Source: Camelus dromedarius (Eukaryota). Taken from it: 64,000 nt of DNA. Where the stretch lies: contig NC_087437.1 in the NCBI RefSeq assembly GCF_036321535.1, positions 80,106,001 through 80,170,000 on the forward strand, read 5' to 3'. This document shows, piece by piece, positions 24,118-37,530 of the stretch. Made by a program: the position numbers and the translations under genes. Under the pieces are notes generated by a model. It was not told the origin of the DNA. It made no database searches and was given only the letters and a program-made list of their open reading frames with translations. Numbering within the stretch: the first letter of the stretch is position 1; the number at the start of each line of letters is the position of its first letter.

Positions 24118-27100
24118 GCTGGAGAGAGAAGCAGAAAGAAAGAGTTTGGGTGAACTGAAGACTGCCATTGTAAGTAGCATTTTATCTTCCATAATTTTTG
24201 ACGATTCATTAATCCTATTTATAGAACCAAGCTTGTGTATTGATGGTTTTATGTCCATTTTAACGATCAGAGCAACAAAGATCAGAGCAACAAAACTATG
24301 CCTGAGGGTGAAAACTAAGAGACAGCGATGAAATCAAAGTGGGCACCACCACAGAAGCATTTAGGAAGAAAGAGAATTTCACTGTATTTCAGTGGAGCAC
24401 TTACCTTATTTGCTACTTCTAATTAAAAGCACTGAGAAGAAGGGCAACTTTTTTCCTGATTGCGGAGCCCTCATAACCAATAATGCTGTTTATCATCATT
24501 TGAGAAGATGGAAACGCATTCAAAATTCAGTGCTTTTTTTCCTAACTTAAATGTGTCTTTTTGTCCAATGGCATCTTTATTTTTATCTACACTGATAGTT
24601 ATGTTTGATATATCATGTCCTTCCTTAAAAATACAAATATTATGAGTTTCATCACTATCATTAATGTGTTATTGACCATCAAGATATTATTCAAGTTTAT
24701 CTGCTTACCGAGGCCACTCTTTCTTTAAAATATACAGTCTGTCACCAAAAAGTATTAAAAAAATAACAAATTTGTACAAATGTAACAAAGGAGAGGACCA
24801 AGTAAAGTTTAGAAAAGGAAGAGCTTATTTATTTTAAGATGAAATGTTTAGAGAGACGAGAAAAACAATGACGGAAGTGATAACATACTGGAAGGTGCTA
24901 TATTCCTTTCATTTAAAGTAAACAAATATGCATTTAGTCATAGTGTAATCTGAAATGAGAAGAAGATACTAGGAGAGAAAATGAAGCTAATATGATGCAC
25001 ATCTTTTAAAGAAACTGGAGAAAGTTTCAAATGATTACTAAAATACATCCCGTCTACATAACAGATACTACATGGCAGATATTGGATCAGGATTCCTGTG
25101 TTTCCTGGAATTGGAGGCAAAGTCTCCACTAACACCATCAGATAGAAAAATCAAAATGAAAATACACCAGAAAAGGTATATAAGAACTTAATTCACACTA
25201 ATGTATAAAGACAAGGAATGAATAAGCAGATTAAAGGAATAATTAGGGCAGCAGCCCTGTAAAGAGTAAGAGAAGGAGGATTTCTGTGTCAAGGCAAATC
25301 TCACTTACTTTATCATTTTGTCCTGGGCTGGCCCAGATGACCTGGAACTCTGGGGCCTTTAGGAGCACTTGGCAATAAGGGTGGACACATTTGGCAGTAA
25401 ATGGATTTCTTAAATGCAAATAAGTAATTTTATTTCTGCCCACATATTTATTATTCATTGTCACTTAACCATGAACAAGTATAAAATCCATTTCTGACAT
25501 GAAAATGTACTTTGTTTACTTTACTTTTTAGTCAATGCCTCTCACTGTAAAGCTCCTAACAGGAAGTCTGGCGTGAGTAATTACTGGGCTAGGACTTGCA
25601 GCCATATAGAGCTTGAATATGCAGCAATCGTATTTTTGTAAGCAATTTTAATGTCAAAAGAAGTTTATGATGGTTTCTCAAAACAATGTATATTAGAATT
25701 GCCTCCAGGGCACAAGGGTAAATTGGATTAAACAACAACAACAAAAATCATTGGAAAAATAGAATGCAAATAAATGTGGAAATATGACTTGTGAAAGTAT
25801 TCATCTTTTTTTCCCAAAATAAATGGCAAATGTTTTACTTGTTGGAATAATTGACCAAGGAATTTATAAGATGATAAATTTTATTTTAAGCTAACAAGTG
25901 GATAGAATTATATGAAATTTTATAATAGCTCCCTTTTGTTGGCATATGCAAACAACAAAATCAATGTGGTCTTTTATTTCTACAGATTACCCTGAGGAAT
26001 TCTTTCTTTCAAGCCTCTTTGCTGCAGAATTAGGTAGCAGTGGATCACAGATTCCACCCAATCATTGTAGCAAATTGACTGGGATGCTGCCTGGGTTGCT
26101 GTATCCTTCGGAGAAGGCCTTTGAGAGGTTATACCACAACAAGCATGTGTTAGATTCAAGTACAAGCACAGTGGTCTAGCCTAGCTGGGTACAGACTCAG
26201 TTCCAGCAATAATCCCTTAGGAGGTGCTAAGGATTTTGAGTTCTCTGCTAGGTGTTCATTCTACAAATACTCAGGACATTAAGAGACTCCTGCTATTAAA
26301 GTTTATTGATTCCGGTTTTTTAATGTAACATATGCCTCTTGATTGGAAAGGGATAAAACAAGTTAGGCCACCAAAGAGGAATGAAATGAATAGTGGCCCA
26401 CTGATAATGAAATGCCCCACTGATCCTGAGGGCCTTAGAGGCAATATGGTTGGTGAGTGTATGAACAAGGACAATCATATTAGCAGTGCCAACTCAGGTC
26501 AAGTCTTCTGCCATAAATAGTATTTGAAAAAACAGTAGCTTTATTTATGAAACTACACAACTTACTTCCCATCTTTAAGCCCCAACTTCCTTATCCAGAA
26601 CATGCAAGTAATGATAGAGCTACAGTGAGGCTTAGAAAGATTCCAATCAAAGGTAGTTACATATATGAGAACCAACACAAATGTAACATAGGCAGTGACA
26701 AAAAAGGAAAAAAATAGGTAAAATGTTACTAGGCAATAAAAAGTATGAATCTAAAGACTCAATAATATCATTAAGACACAGAACTAGTGGTTAAAGAGAA
26801 TTGAAAAAGTCTGAAAATGCATGTTTCCATGTTAGAACGAAATTTTCTTCATTTCTGATCTCAAGCACAGGCTCACAGGATAAATTAGGTTGGAAGGTAC
26901 ATGGTAGTAGAAAAATAAGTAGCATAAACTCATGTGGCAGAGCCAAGGACAGAATCAGGGTAATGTATCACTTGTCCATTTCCTCAACTACAAGAAAAGA
27001 GGCCAATTAATCAAACACTCAACCAAAATTTAATGAATACCCATTGTGTGTTCAGCAGTGCAAATTAGCCAATCACTACCTGCTCTAATCTTAACTCATA

Positions 27101-28269
27101 TTCTATTGGGAGACAAATAAGATTTTCTTTGTTGACGCTGGATGACTTTATATAGTTATAACTTTACATAGTTATACCTACAGGAAGAATAAAAATCCTA
27201 AATTATATTCTTTAGCCCACATTTGATGTGATTTAACGTATGTATTGTCTCTTTCGTTTGGAATTCCAGTGTTATACACTGTGTCTTGATACCATATGGT
27301 GTGTGGAAAGAATGCATCTATGTTTCAGTCATCTGTTCAATAAAGAAAAGTCCATTTATGGCTCAAAGATAAATCTAACACTGGACTGCAGTGTGTTGGC
27401 TTTTATCTTTGCTATAATAATCACTCTTCATTGTGAAAAGGAAAGAAAAAAATTCTCTTGCTGAATTATAAATGAGAATAATTCATTTTCAATTATGTTC
27501 TTTTTGAATATAACTGCTTATGGAAAGAACAAAAAGTATCCACTTGGCTTACATTAGCTATTGATAAAATTAAATAGATCCATTTCAAAGTAGGTTTTCC
27601 CACGACATTCGTCAGGAACAATACAAGTCTTCCTACTAAATGGTCACCAAGATTGTAAGATTCGAAAAAAAGAAAAATTATTCACAGCATGAAATAATGG
27701 TTCTTAAAATGCAAAAGCTGAAACTAATTTCTTAGAATGTTATGAAGACAAAGCAAAATTGGAGAATATAGTGTTTTGTTAAACAAAAGCGAAAACTATC
27801 AGTTAGTTGTTTGAATGAACATTTCCAGTGGGATATTACTAATGAAGAGAAATGAAAGCAGTTTAGAAGAAGAAAAATGTCTCCTTTGCAGATTTAGCAC
27901 ACACTTCAGTTAACTAAAAGGCAGATGAAAGGAGAAAAGAAAAATTTCAAAAATGACCCCATGACGAATGTTTAAGTTTAGTATCTCACCCTTCCTTGAG
28001 CTTCTTACTTACCTACATTTAAACTAGTTTTCTCCATTGGAATAAAGCTACACATTGAGGGAATTTACAGAAAATCCAAACCCAAAATATATTTTTCTTT
28101 AGAAATATTTGAGGAAAACTAAGGATAAAATAGAATTCTGACCACTATAAACAGAACCCAGCTTAGTTTAAACTTCAGCCCAGGCAAAATCTAGAAAAAT
28201 ATAATAAAGTAGACAAATAAGCTAGATATCCAGCTTGGCCAACTCCCTCACTATCTTCAAGTCTTTTTT

Positions 28270-29081
28270 TAAATCTTACCTTCACTACAAGGCCAACAGT
28301 GACCACTCAGCTTAATACTATAACTTGCCCCCTCCCTAACATCTCAATCACTTTTTCCTGATATTCTCTATTTTCTTTCTTCCATAGCATTTGTGAATTG
28401 AAACCATCTGCATCCAAAGAGCTTACCCACCAGGACTGAGACCTGAGGCCCCAGTATGAACATGACATAGGACATTTTTGCCCCAGAAGATAAGGCTATA
28501 ATCCAACAAATAACTTCACTCTTTGCCTCAGGAAATACACACTGGTAAAGCCAGTTTACTCATCTGAGGTAATTATCTCTCCTATCAGGCAATAGATTGT
28601 TCACACTTACCAAACAAAAGTTTACTTTCCAAGAATCTCTCCCTCTGTCCTATTATATTACAAACTCTGTCCAATCCCAGTGGATTCCCTACCTTGAAAG
28701 ACATGTCTTTAAGCCACTTGGTCCCAGGTCTCAAACATTATAACCACCCTTTATGGATCTGCTGCTACCAAAACTCTGTCAAGCTGGTATTCTCCCTTAC
28801 TCCGGTAGGTCAAATAGACTTAACTTTGCTTAGGTTTTCTGGTGGTCTTTTGAAGAGTAAAGAGCCAATAGGTTTATAACTTTGAGACGTAACTATACAT
28901 TACTTATGTATCATATTTATTGCTTATTTTAGGTGTCCCGCAACTAGAAGGTGAGTTCCATGAAAGCAGAGATCTTTTGCTTGTTTACTTACTGACATCT
29001 TCCAAATATCTAGAACAGTCCCTGAAACTTAGCAGGTGGTTGACATATTTTTATTGATTAAACAAATAAAAGAATAAATAA
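28270..29081 (+). mobile_element. L2a 3' end split by an LTR insertion
   Basis: ttctttcttccatagcattt before the LTR; actagaaggtgagttccatgaaagcagagat..ctagaacagtccctg..aataaa after it. Confidence 0.75.
28392..28865 (+). mobile_element. Old ERV1 LTR (MER110/MER90-like)
   Basis: Starts tgtgaattgaaacc; ccaatcccag..ccttgaaagac; aaactctgtcaag..ttctcccttac; degenerate polyA signal then actttgct. Confidence 0.6.
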
Positions 29082-29082
29082 T

Positions 29083-29901
29083 GACAGGTGTATATACAAC
29101 ATCCCACCCAACAGCAGCAGAATTCTCATTCTTCTCAAGTACACATGAAACATTCTCCAGAATGGATCACATGTTAGGTCACAAAACAAGCTTTAACAAA
29201 TTTAAGAAGACTGAAATCATAACAAGTATCTTTTCCAACCACAATGAAAACTAAACATTAATAGCAAAGAAAAACTGGAAAATTTATATATGTGGAAATT
29301 AAACATGATTTTGAGCAACCAATAGGTAAAAGAAGAAGTCAAAAAAGAAATTAGAAAATATCTTGATACAAATGGAAGCAAAAATACAAGTTACCAAAAC
29401 TAATGTGATGCAGCAAAAGCAGTATTGAGAAAAGTTTATGGTGATAAATGCCTACATTAAATAAGAAGAAAGAACTCAAATAAACAACTTTATACCTCAA
29501 AGAACTAAAAAAAGAAGAAAAAACTAAGCCCAAAGTTATCAGAAGGAAGAAAATAATAAAGATTAGAGCAGAAATAAATAAAACAGAGAATAGGAAGCAA
29601 CAGAAAAAAATTGATAAAACTAAGAGTTGGTTTTTTGAAAATACAAAACTGATAAGCTTTTAGCTAGATTTACTAAGAAAAAAAGATTCAAGTAAATAAA
29701 ATCAGAAGTGAAAGATAAGAAGTTACAACGGATGGCACAGTAATGAAGAAGCTTATTAAAGACTACTGTTATACTTCAACAAGCAGGGTAACCTACAAGA
29801 AATGGATAAATTCCTAGATGTACAATCTACCAAGACTGAATCATGAAAAAAAAACAGAAAGTCTGAACAGATCTACAACTAATACGGAAAATGAATCAGT
29901 G
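29083..29901 (+). mobile_element. Internal L1 ORF2 fragment (end of endonuclease to Z region)
   Basis: cattcttctcaagtacacatgaaacattctccagaatggatcacatgttagg (TFSRxDHxLG motif); aaatggataaattcctaga. Confidence 0.9.
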
Positions 29902-30319
29902 CTTCAGGGAGATGTACAAAATACATAGGAGATACTGTCTTTGTCTTATAAAACTTATCATCTATAAAAACAGCTTGGACAGTGTTTAATGGGCACCACG
30001 CATTATTCTAAATATATCAACTCATTTAAAACTCATGACAACTCTATAGGAACGGCGATACTAAAAACATTTATTAACAGGTACCACGTCACGTCCTGTG
30101 AGGACAGATGCTGGGCATAGCACAGGGGCAGGATCCTAGAGGCCCCCCCAGCTGAACAAACAAGCCCTTGCAGAACCACTGGGAAGAGGAATGTTGCACT
30201 GAGGCATTGGGTGGAAAGGGAGACCTTCAAGGGGCTGGAGGCTGCAGCTAATTACCAATTAGTGTGGAAGCATTTCAGTGTTTTAACAAATGCTACACAG
30301 GTATATATCAGCTGAATAT

Positions 30320-30494
30320 CAGCCCTTAAGATTGGCAATATTATTATCCCCATTTCATAGATGAGGACATAAGGCCCCAGAGAGTTCAGTGACTTGTCCA
30401 AAGTCACACAGCCACTGAGCAGAGGCAGTAATATTTGAACTTTGGTAGTCTGACTCCAGATCATGTTCTCCTTACTGCTATGCTATACTGCCTC
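30320..30494 (-). mobile_element. MIR SINE
   Basis: attatccccatttcatagatgagga..gtgacttgtccaaagtcacacagc..tctgactccaga. Confidence 0.9.
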
Positions 30495-32574
30495 ACAGTT
30501 ACAAAGAAATAAGTAGCTTTAAAAACAGTCAATGTTTACGCAGCAGCTCATGGATTCCAGGCACTGTGGAAGTCAAGATGCAGAAGAATTCAAATATAAG
30601 CTAAGTAGAATTTCAGGAAGCATAATGGTTCTAGCAAGAAGTGCTAAAACTCGGGAAAGACTGTAACTAAGAGATGGAGATTTTTTCTTCAACAAACTGA
30701 AGGTGAAAATGTACTGTTTGCACATATTATCTGAATAATTGCTCCAATTTTCCATTATGTTGTATCAGAAGACAGCAGTTTGGAAACAGGAATTTGTGAA
30801 GTTTCTGGTAACATCCCCAGAGATGCAACAGCAGTAGTTCCAACCGCACCTTGGCCAACTCCCTTCTTATTTTGGAGGTAGATGCTTTGCTATGATTGGT
30901 GGCAATTGCTGATGACAACAGGGGAAAACTGGATTAGTCATGCCAGGAACTCTCCTAAATCCACAGCGGATGAAAGCAGATAAAATATTTCTCTCTCATT
31001 TTCTCCAGTCCCTCATCTTCCCCACAATGGCACTATTCCTGGTGCTGTCTCCAGTCACCTGGTACTGGTTCGCCACAGAGCATGTCCCAGGATTTGTGTT
31101 CAAGGATTTTGTAAACAGTGTTCGCCTGAAATGGATCAGTGTCACCATCCAGAAATAAAATGTGGCCATTGCTTTCCATTGCAAGATTAACCTTTCGTTA
31201 CAGTTAAAATGGCAATTTGGGTTTACCGTACCTCTCTTCAAATCATTTTAAGGTGATGATAGACTTAAGATGCTAATGACATTGAATTTCCTTCACTTAA
31301 AAGAGATAAAAATTATAGATGTGATTTATTTTAATAATCCCATGACATCTTCAACAAAGTATTATTATAGCAAAAAGTTATAAAAGGTTATATTAATACT
31401 TGTGTTCCTCAAGTAGTAAATAATACAAAAATCAGAGAATAATAATTTCAATATGATGAGCAGTTTGATCAACATGTACCAAAATGGAAAGCAGTACCAA
31501 GAGGAGCCAAGAAACTAAATCCCATAAGGCCAGCTTTCATTTCTAGTATTCTCCAGGTGGCTGCTAGCCAACTTGCCTCATGAAAAAAGCCTGACACTTA
31601 CTGAAAAACAGACTCCAACTATTAAAAAAAAAAAAAGTCGGAGGAGGTAGGACACTCAGTAGAGAATAGACAATGTTGTGCTAAAAAGCTATGTTATTTT
31701 GCCAAAAAAGAATTCAATCTGTGCGCAAAATACCTATTCCCATGTCTTTTGATCTGATGTAGCACTTGTCCAAATGGATGGGCTCCCTACAGGGAAAACC
31801 CATTTCAAACACCGAGGAGCTCGAACAAATGTGAAGCACTCAACCTCAGGCTTAAATATCCCAAATGGTCTCTTGCTGGTAACATGAGAACAAAATCAGG
31901 GTTTCACTCAGAAAACAGCTTTCCTGGCTTTTCTCTTCTGTTCCATTTGTGCATTGATATGAAGATCAGAGTCATCGACTTGAATGTGATTGAGAATCTC
32001 CATGCAAACAATGAGACATTAAACACTTTCTGGCCCTCTAAGATTTGTATTCAGACTCCTCTCTTTTCAGGGTGTAATCACAATCCCATCAGTATTCGAG
32101 GGATTGGTGCACTCAGGCTGCCTCTGTCAAAATTGTAGCAAGTTAATGTATTCGAATATAGCTTGGTTGTGCAAATTATTGCCCTCGAAGGAGGACGCAA
32201 CTTGGTATTTTGACATGTGCTGTTTTATATGGAGCACAACATCTTTTTTTCTAATTTTTTTAAAGCCTTCTGGTTTCAACTTAGTGGCTGGAAGATTCGG
32301 AAAATGAAATTAAATTTTTTAAAATGAAAGAAGAAACAAGCATGAAAATTATCTAAAGTCACAAAGAAAAGAAGGCAATGACCAAAGTCCCCATGGTGCT
32401 ACTATGGCGACACAAGAGGAGTGGAGGCTTCGGACTTCACTTCTTGTCTTTTCCAAGTGATAAATATCATGGCTAGCCTTTATTCACTTCCTGAGACTTA
32501 AAACATCTATTGCTTTCTTTCATCATTTTGCCAATTTTCTTCAAAGAAAATTACTACTTCAAACTCTTCATAAA

Positions 32575-32722
32575 TCCTGTAACCTCTATAAGCTTAGTAT
32601 CCTTACGGGTAAAATGAGAATAACAACGCCAACTTCGTGGGGTCGGTATGGGGATTAGAAATAATACATGAAAATCACCCAATAGGCCTGGAACATAATG
32701 GAAGCTGCCAGGATTATTATTA
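32575..32722 (+). mobile_element. MIR SINE fragment
   Basis: aacctctataagcttagt..gtaaaatgagaataacaa..ggggattagaaataatacatgaaa. Confidence 0.7.
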
Positions 32723-34699
32723 CCCAAATGCTATATCTGGACATGTAAATTGGAATAAAACACTGAGGCAGTTTTCATGCTAACCCAAACAGAAGAACAC
32801 ATTTTCTTGCTGATTCATGGTAATTGAGGTAAATGTTCGAACATTCATTTGAATTATCAAGATACATAAATTGCTTCAATTTTTCACTTTCCATGTCCAG
32901 ATATGGCTTTTGTGTGTGCCCCCAGAGTAATCCAGGGATTCTGGAAACATCATCCATTATTGAAAGCCCTCAGCATCGAATTTAACCAATCTTTACACAT
33001 AGCTGTCAGTAGACTACAGGACAAACTCCATTCTTCAGTACGTTTACTGCCTCAGATATCAAAAACCAAAGAAACTAATCCAATATATAGGTCTAATAAC
33101 TGTCCCTCATGTGATTTAAATCAGCAAATTAAACATGTGTCTGAATGGGAGTAACAAAACAATGGGTCATTTTCAGAAAGTATCTTTGTTTTGAGTCACT
33201 ATAATATAACTTTCTAGGGCATCCTAAAAAACATTGGATGAAAGCTTTTTTCAGGGAAGAAAATAAAATCCGTAAGAAAGAAATTAAAGGCAAAAACGAC
33301 TTTGTCTTCCTAAATTAAAAAGAAAAATCCTGTTTTGGTCTCTTGGAACAATCTTAACAGTTGTTCAGGAAAGACGGAAATGAAGTAAAACCTCTTCTTT
33401 AAAAAAAGGGGGAGGATTTTGAAAAGAATACATAATTGCCTTTTATGTGTAGGTATTCCTTACCAAGTTAAGTTGTTTAAAAGCTATAATATACGGGGAA
33501 ATCTGAAAATTACCAACACTATATTTATACCCTAAAAATAGTATCAGAGCAGCAGCATGATGTTGGGGAGTTTGTGCTGAACCAAAATCAGAATGTTTAG
33601 ACATCAGTTTCTCATAGGGCATGAAGCAATCCTAAGGGTCTCATTACTCTCACCCATCAAATGAGATCAAACTCAAGTGGATTCCCCTTATCTCTTCCAG
33701 CTATAACATTCTCTGAATTCTTTAGCATGTAATTCACCTTTGGCTCAGGCCAGATAATCACAGTACAAATTTAATCTTAGAAACACAATTATTTTTATTA
33801 CCAGATTGGGCTATGTTGGGACTCCTGAATTATGTCACCAGACGTAAAATAAGTGAAGGGGACACTCAGCTCCACAAACATTGGGATCAAGGAAGAAGGG
33901 AAAAAGAAAAGCTCTGAGAGGAAAAGGAGCTCAGAAGAAAAGGACAGTACGGTTGCAGCAGGTCACATAGGAACCACCAAAAAGACGATGTTACTGTCCA
34001 GAGGCAAGTCAGCCAGAAAACGACATGTAAGAAGGAAATACATACTTTCTGTACAGGTAGATCATACCAGTCTTGCAAAGAGATTTTATTTGGTAGATAT
34101 TGAGGAAATCTCTTAGAAACTACTAAGTCAGAATTTAGGTAACAAGAGAACAGATCTGACTTTTACTAAATACTGGGTTAGTCTGAGAACCAGCAAACAA
34201 AGAACAAGCAGCCCAAACATGACCACGGAATGAGTGCTCTAACCAGCCTGGCCAGGATATTAGAACAGCAGCCTGTTAAGAGAACAGTTCCTCAGCAAAG
34301 TCAATTCAAGTCAATTCAAATTTTAAGAGAGCATAGTTATAACTTACCATGTAATCCATCTCAGACTTTAACATTCAAGATCCTCATTCATTGTAATACC
34401 TTTCCCATGTAATTTACCTTATGTTTTTACATCTGACATTCCCATTTGAATGAGCTGATTGATTGTTAGATTTAAGAGAAGTAAAAGAAACAAGACAGAG
34501 TTTCAAGAGATGAAATACATCCCAGTTACCCTGATGCCCTGAGTAATGACAACGGAATGGAATCAGTAGCATAAAGATCTGCTTGGGGGTTATAGAGACA
34601 GAGTCTTAAAGGTGAAAGTGAACTTAGTATGTATCTAATCCATCCCTTTTATTTTACATACAAACCAAGTATCCAACTCCATGCTCTCAGAGATCATCT

Positions 34700-36930
34700 T
34701 TCTTTTGCATCTTTTGGCACGACTGTTAAGTTACTATACTTATCCATTAACTTTTACCACTGGTCATGGAGGTACCAAAAGATACTTAAAAGAATCCCAT
34801 GGACTCCACTCTTCCTTACCACAACCTGTTTCCCCTTGATAACCAGGATCAGTCACTCTAGTCAGGGGAGCAACTCCTTTATTTGCTTGTTGATTTAGTG
34901 GCCTGAGGAGGCTAAAGGTACCAAATGACAATCTCAGCTCCCAGTTAAATGGAACCCTTTTTCAGTCTCATAGTGCGGTCATTCCTTTCTTGGGAAATTA
35001 GATTTTTTAATACCAGTAGAACCAAAAGATGCAGAAGGAGAAAGTATAAATTTTATGAGAGGATTATTTGGGATAAGAATGAACAAATCCCCTTTACTTA
35101 AATCCCTTGGTTCTTGGACTCTGATATTCTGGCTATGGAAGAAATAACATTATATATGGTCATTGGTTCAAAGTATATATTGCATTGTGCATGACAGTTC
35201 CTCAAATCTGCAAGTGTTGTCACCCAGGCAACTATGTCTCTAATAGGCCATTCCACTGTTCTACTAGGCTACCTGGGTTTTAGGGTGAAGAGATACATAA
35301 TAAAACCAGAGCCCCGCCCCCACCCATTGCTTCTATTCTTTTATTGTACAGTAACTTTCCTAGTCAAAAGGAAGACTATGTGGGATACCTTGAGGCTTTC
35401 AGTCAGTCCTGGATGATGGTACTGGAAGAAGCCCTGAGGGCAAGAAAGAGAGTCTTCTTTTTTCTGTGAGGACAAATTGCTGCTCCCTCCATGACCGAAG
35501 AGTCTCACCGTGATTAATATGCCACCTGGGGCTGGCTCATCTCCATAGGCAGTGGTGCACTATCAGAGCTCAAAAAGGGACCCTGACATTGGCAGGCTAG
35601 ATACTCAGCAGTGATGATAGCCAGTTCAGTCTTGGTAAAAGTAAGCCCATAATTTTGAGCTCATGAATAATAACTTCCATCCTTGCAGCCATAGTCACTT
35701 TGTTCATAGCCCACTGAGCAGCACAAGATAGCTAGAGAAAAAGACTGACACCCATGGATAGATCATCTTGTTACCTGATAACCAAAAGTCTCACCTGCAG
35801 GGTTTCTCTTTGGTGAGCACTCACATGTAACATAAATATTCTCTAAGTCTCTGTATTATTCAGGGTTCTCCAGAGAAGCAGAACCAATAGAAACAGAAGC
35901 AACATAATGTACAGATAACTGGTAGGTAGCTACACAGATGGATAGACAGATAGATAAATAGATAAATAGGTAGGGATTTATTATAAGGAATTGGCTCACA
36001 AGGTAATAGAAACTAAGTTCCAACATCTGACAGCTGCAAGCTGGAGACCCAGGAAAGTGGGTGGCGTATTTCCAGTCCAAGTCCTGAGGCCTGAGAACAG
36101 GAGAGCCAGTGTTGTAAGTCATAGTTCAAGTGCACAGGAATACCAATGTCCCAGCTAGAAAACATTCAGGCAGAGAGAGTGATTTCTCCCTTACTCTACC
36201 TTTTGTTCTAATCAGGCCGCTAATGGATTGGATGAGGCCCACCCAAACTAGGGAGGACAATCTACTTATCTCAGTCTACCAACTCAGTGTTAATCTTGCC
36301 CAGAAACATGCTCACAGACACACTCAGAATGGCCCAAAGAGTCTGACACATAAAATTAACAGTCCCCATTAACAGCCTCCATTAACAAAAACAGCCTCAC
36401 TGCCAGAATCCTATTCACATATTCTTCCCCCAGAACTTCTTGTCACCAATTTCCAGTCTTGTGATTTTTAAGTTCCTGACCATCTGACCAAACTGTTAGC
36501 TAACTGCTCTGTGATCACTTTAGATACATACCTTTGACCATTCATCTTTTTAGAAAAGTAAAACAAAATGTTCAAAGTTCTGCCCACAGGGCTCAGGGGT
36601 ATTAGTGCTAGACTAGTTGACTCTTAGTTGTATCAGCATATTATGCAGATACAGCTTTAAACAAAGCCAATTATTTTTTTTCCTTCTCTGTCAACAAGTC
36701 ATAGGGAATGCCCCATGAGGCCATAGGTATGGACTGAAGGACAGACAGCAATGCAACAAGAGTAGGGGTTTGAGCATCTGAGTCACCTGCTCATGCCACT
36801 TACATATGTTTTCAGGACATTCCTGAACTCGATGATCTCACATATGCACTTCAACATGGTGACACTGTTCTGTTGCCCAAGCCAAATTCATGACTTAGGT
36901 AATCACATCACACGCAGTTCACAATGGGCA
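34700..36930 (-). mobile_element. ERV-L internal region (decayed pol: RNase H, integrase, dUTPase)
   Basis: Minus-strand translation gives VPFNWELRLSFGTFSLLRPLNQQANKGVAPLTRVTDPGYQGE (ERV-L dUTPase, ~34955-34830), LVEQWNGLL and AIYTLNQ (integrase core), a degenerate HHCC region (~35720-35560) and AVANSLVRWSGT (RNase H, ~36510-36470); many stops and frameshifts. Confidence 0.9.
35852..36368 (-). mobile_element. MLT2 (ERV-L) LTR, MLT2D-like, lying inside ERV-L pol
   Basis: tgtatt..cagggttctccagagaagcagaaccaatag..ttataaggaattggctcac..gattggatgaggcccaccc..tgacacataaaattaac. Confidence 0.9.
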
Positions 36931-37019
36931 ATTTTGGTCTCACAGTCCTCCTCAAATGAGAGTAATTAACAGAAAAGAGCATGAAAGCCTTTCTCAAAAC
37001 CTCCAGTGATTCCTTTGCA

Positions 37020-37180
37020 ATCAGCTGCCCCAAAGAGTGACAAGAACATGGAAGATCACATGAGACACTTTAGGGATGGGATCTAGAGATAGCATATGAC
37101 TATATCCACATTCACTGGCCAAAACTCACCTTCAAGGCCCTATCAAACTATCTGATGAATGTCCAAACTACCAGAGTGTC
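37020..37180 (-). mobile_element. Old MLT1 LTR fragment
   Basis: catggaagatcacat..ctagagatagcatatgact..ccacattcactggccaaaactca. Confidence 0.45.
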
Positions 37181-37249
37181 CCTCCTCTCCACCCAACCCC
37201 CCGCCCACACACAGCTCTCTCAAAGACAAACAGAAATAATATAACCTAT

Positions 37250-37424
37250 CAGTGGTTCTCAAAATGTGATCCCTGGATCAGCAGCAAAAGAATCACCAGG
37301 GAACTAACTCCTATGCCACATGCTGGAATTACCAAATCTGAATCTCCAGGAATAAGGCTCAGCAATCTGGGTTTTAATAAGTTCTTCATGTGATTTGGAA
37401 GCACTCCAATGTTGAAAATCACAG
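37250..37424. mobile_element. MER5A hAT-Charlie MITE
   Basis: Termini cagtggttctcaaa and gttgaaaatcacagg; internal gcagca..aatcacc.gggaac and gcaatctg.gttttaa. Confidence 0.85.
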
Positions 37425-37516
37425 GTGTAGAACCAAATGAGGAGGAGTAAAACCAACAATAAGAAATGATCCCATATTGTCCAGTCATCTTTACAACCTT
37501 TCCTTTAGCTACCTTC

Positions 37517-37530
37517 ACTCTAGGGGGCGC
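37517..37530 (+). promoter_or_regulatory. Candidate CTCF-binding motif
   Basis: ACTCTAGGGGGCGC is 12/14 to core CCACTAGGGGGCGC and keeps its CpG in unique AT-rich DNA. Confidence 0.5.
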
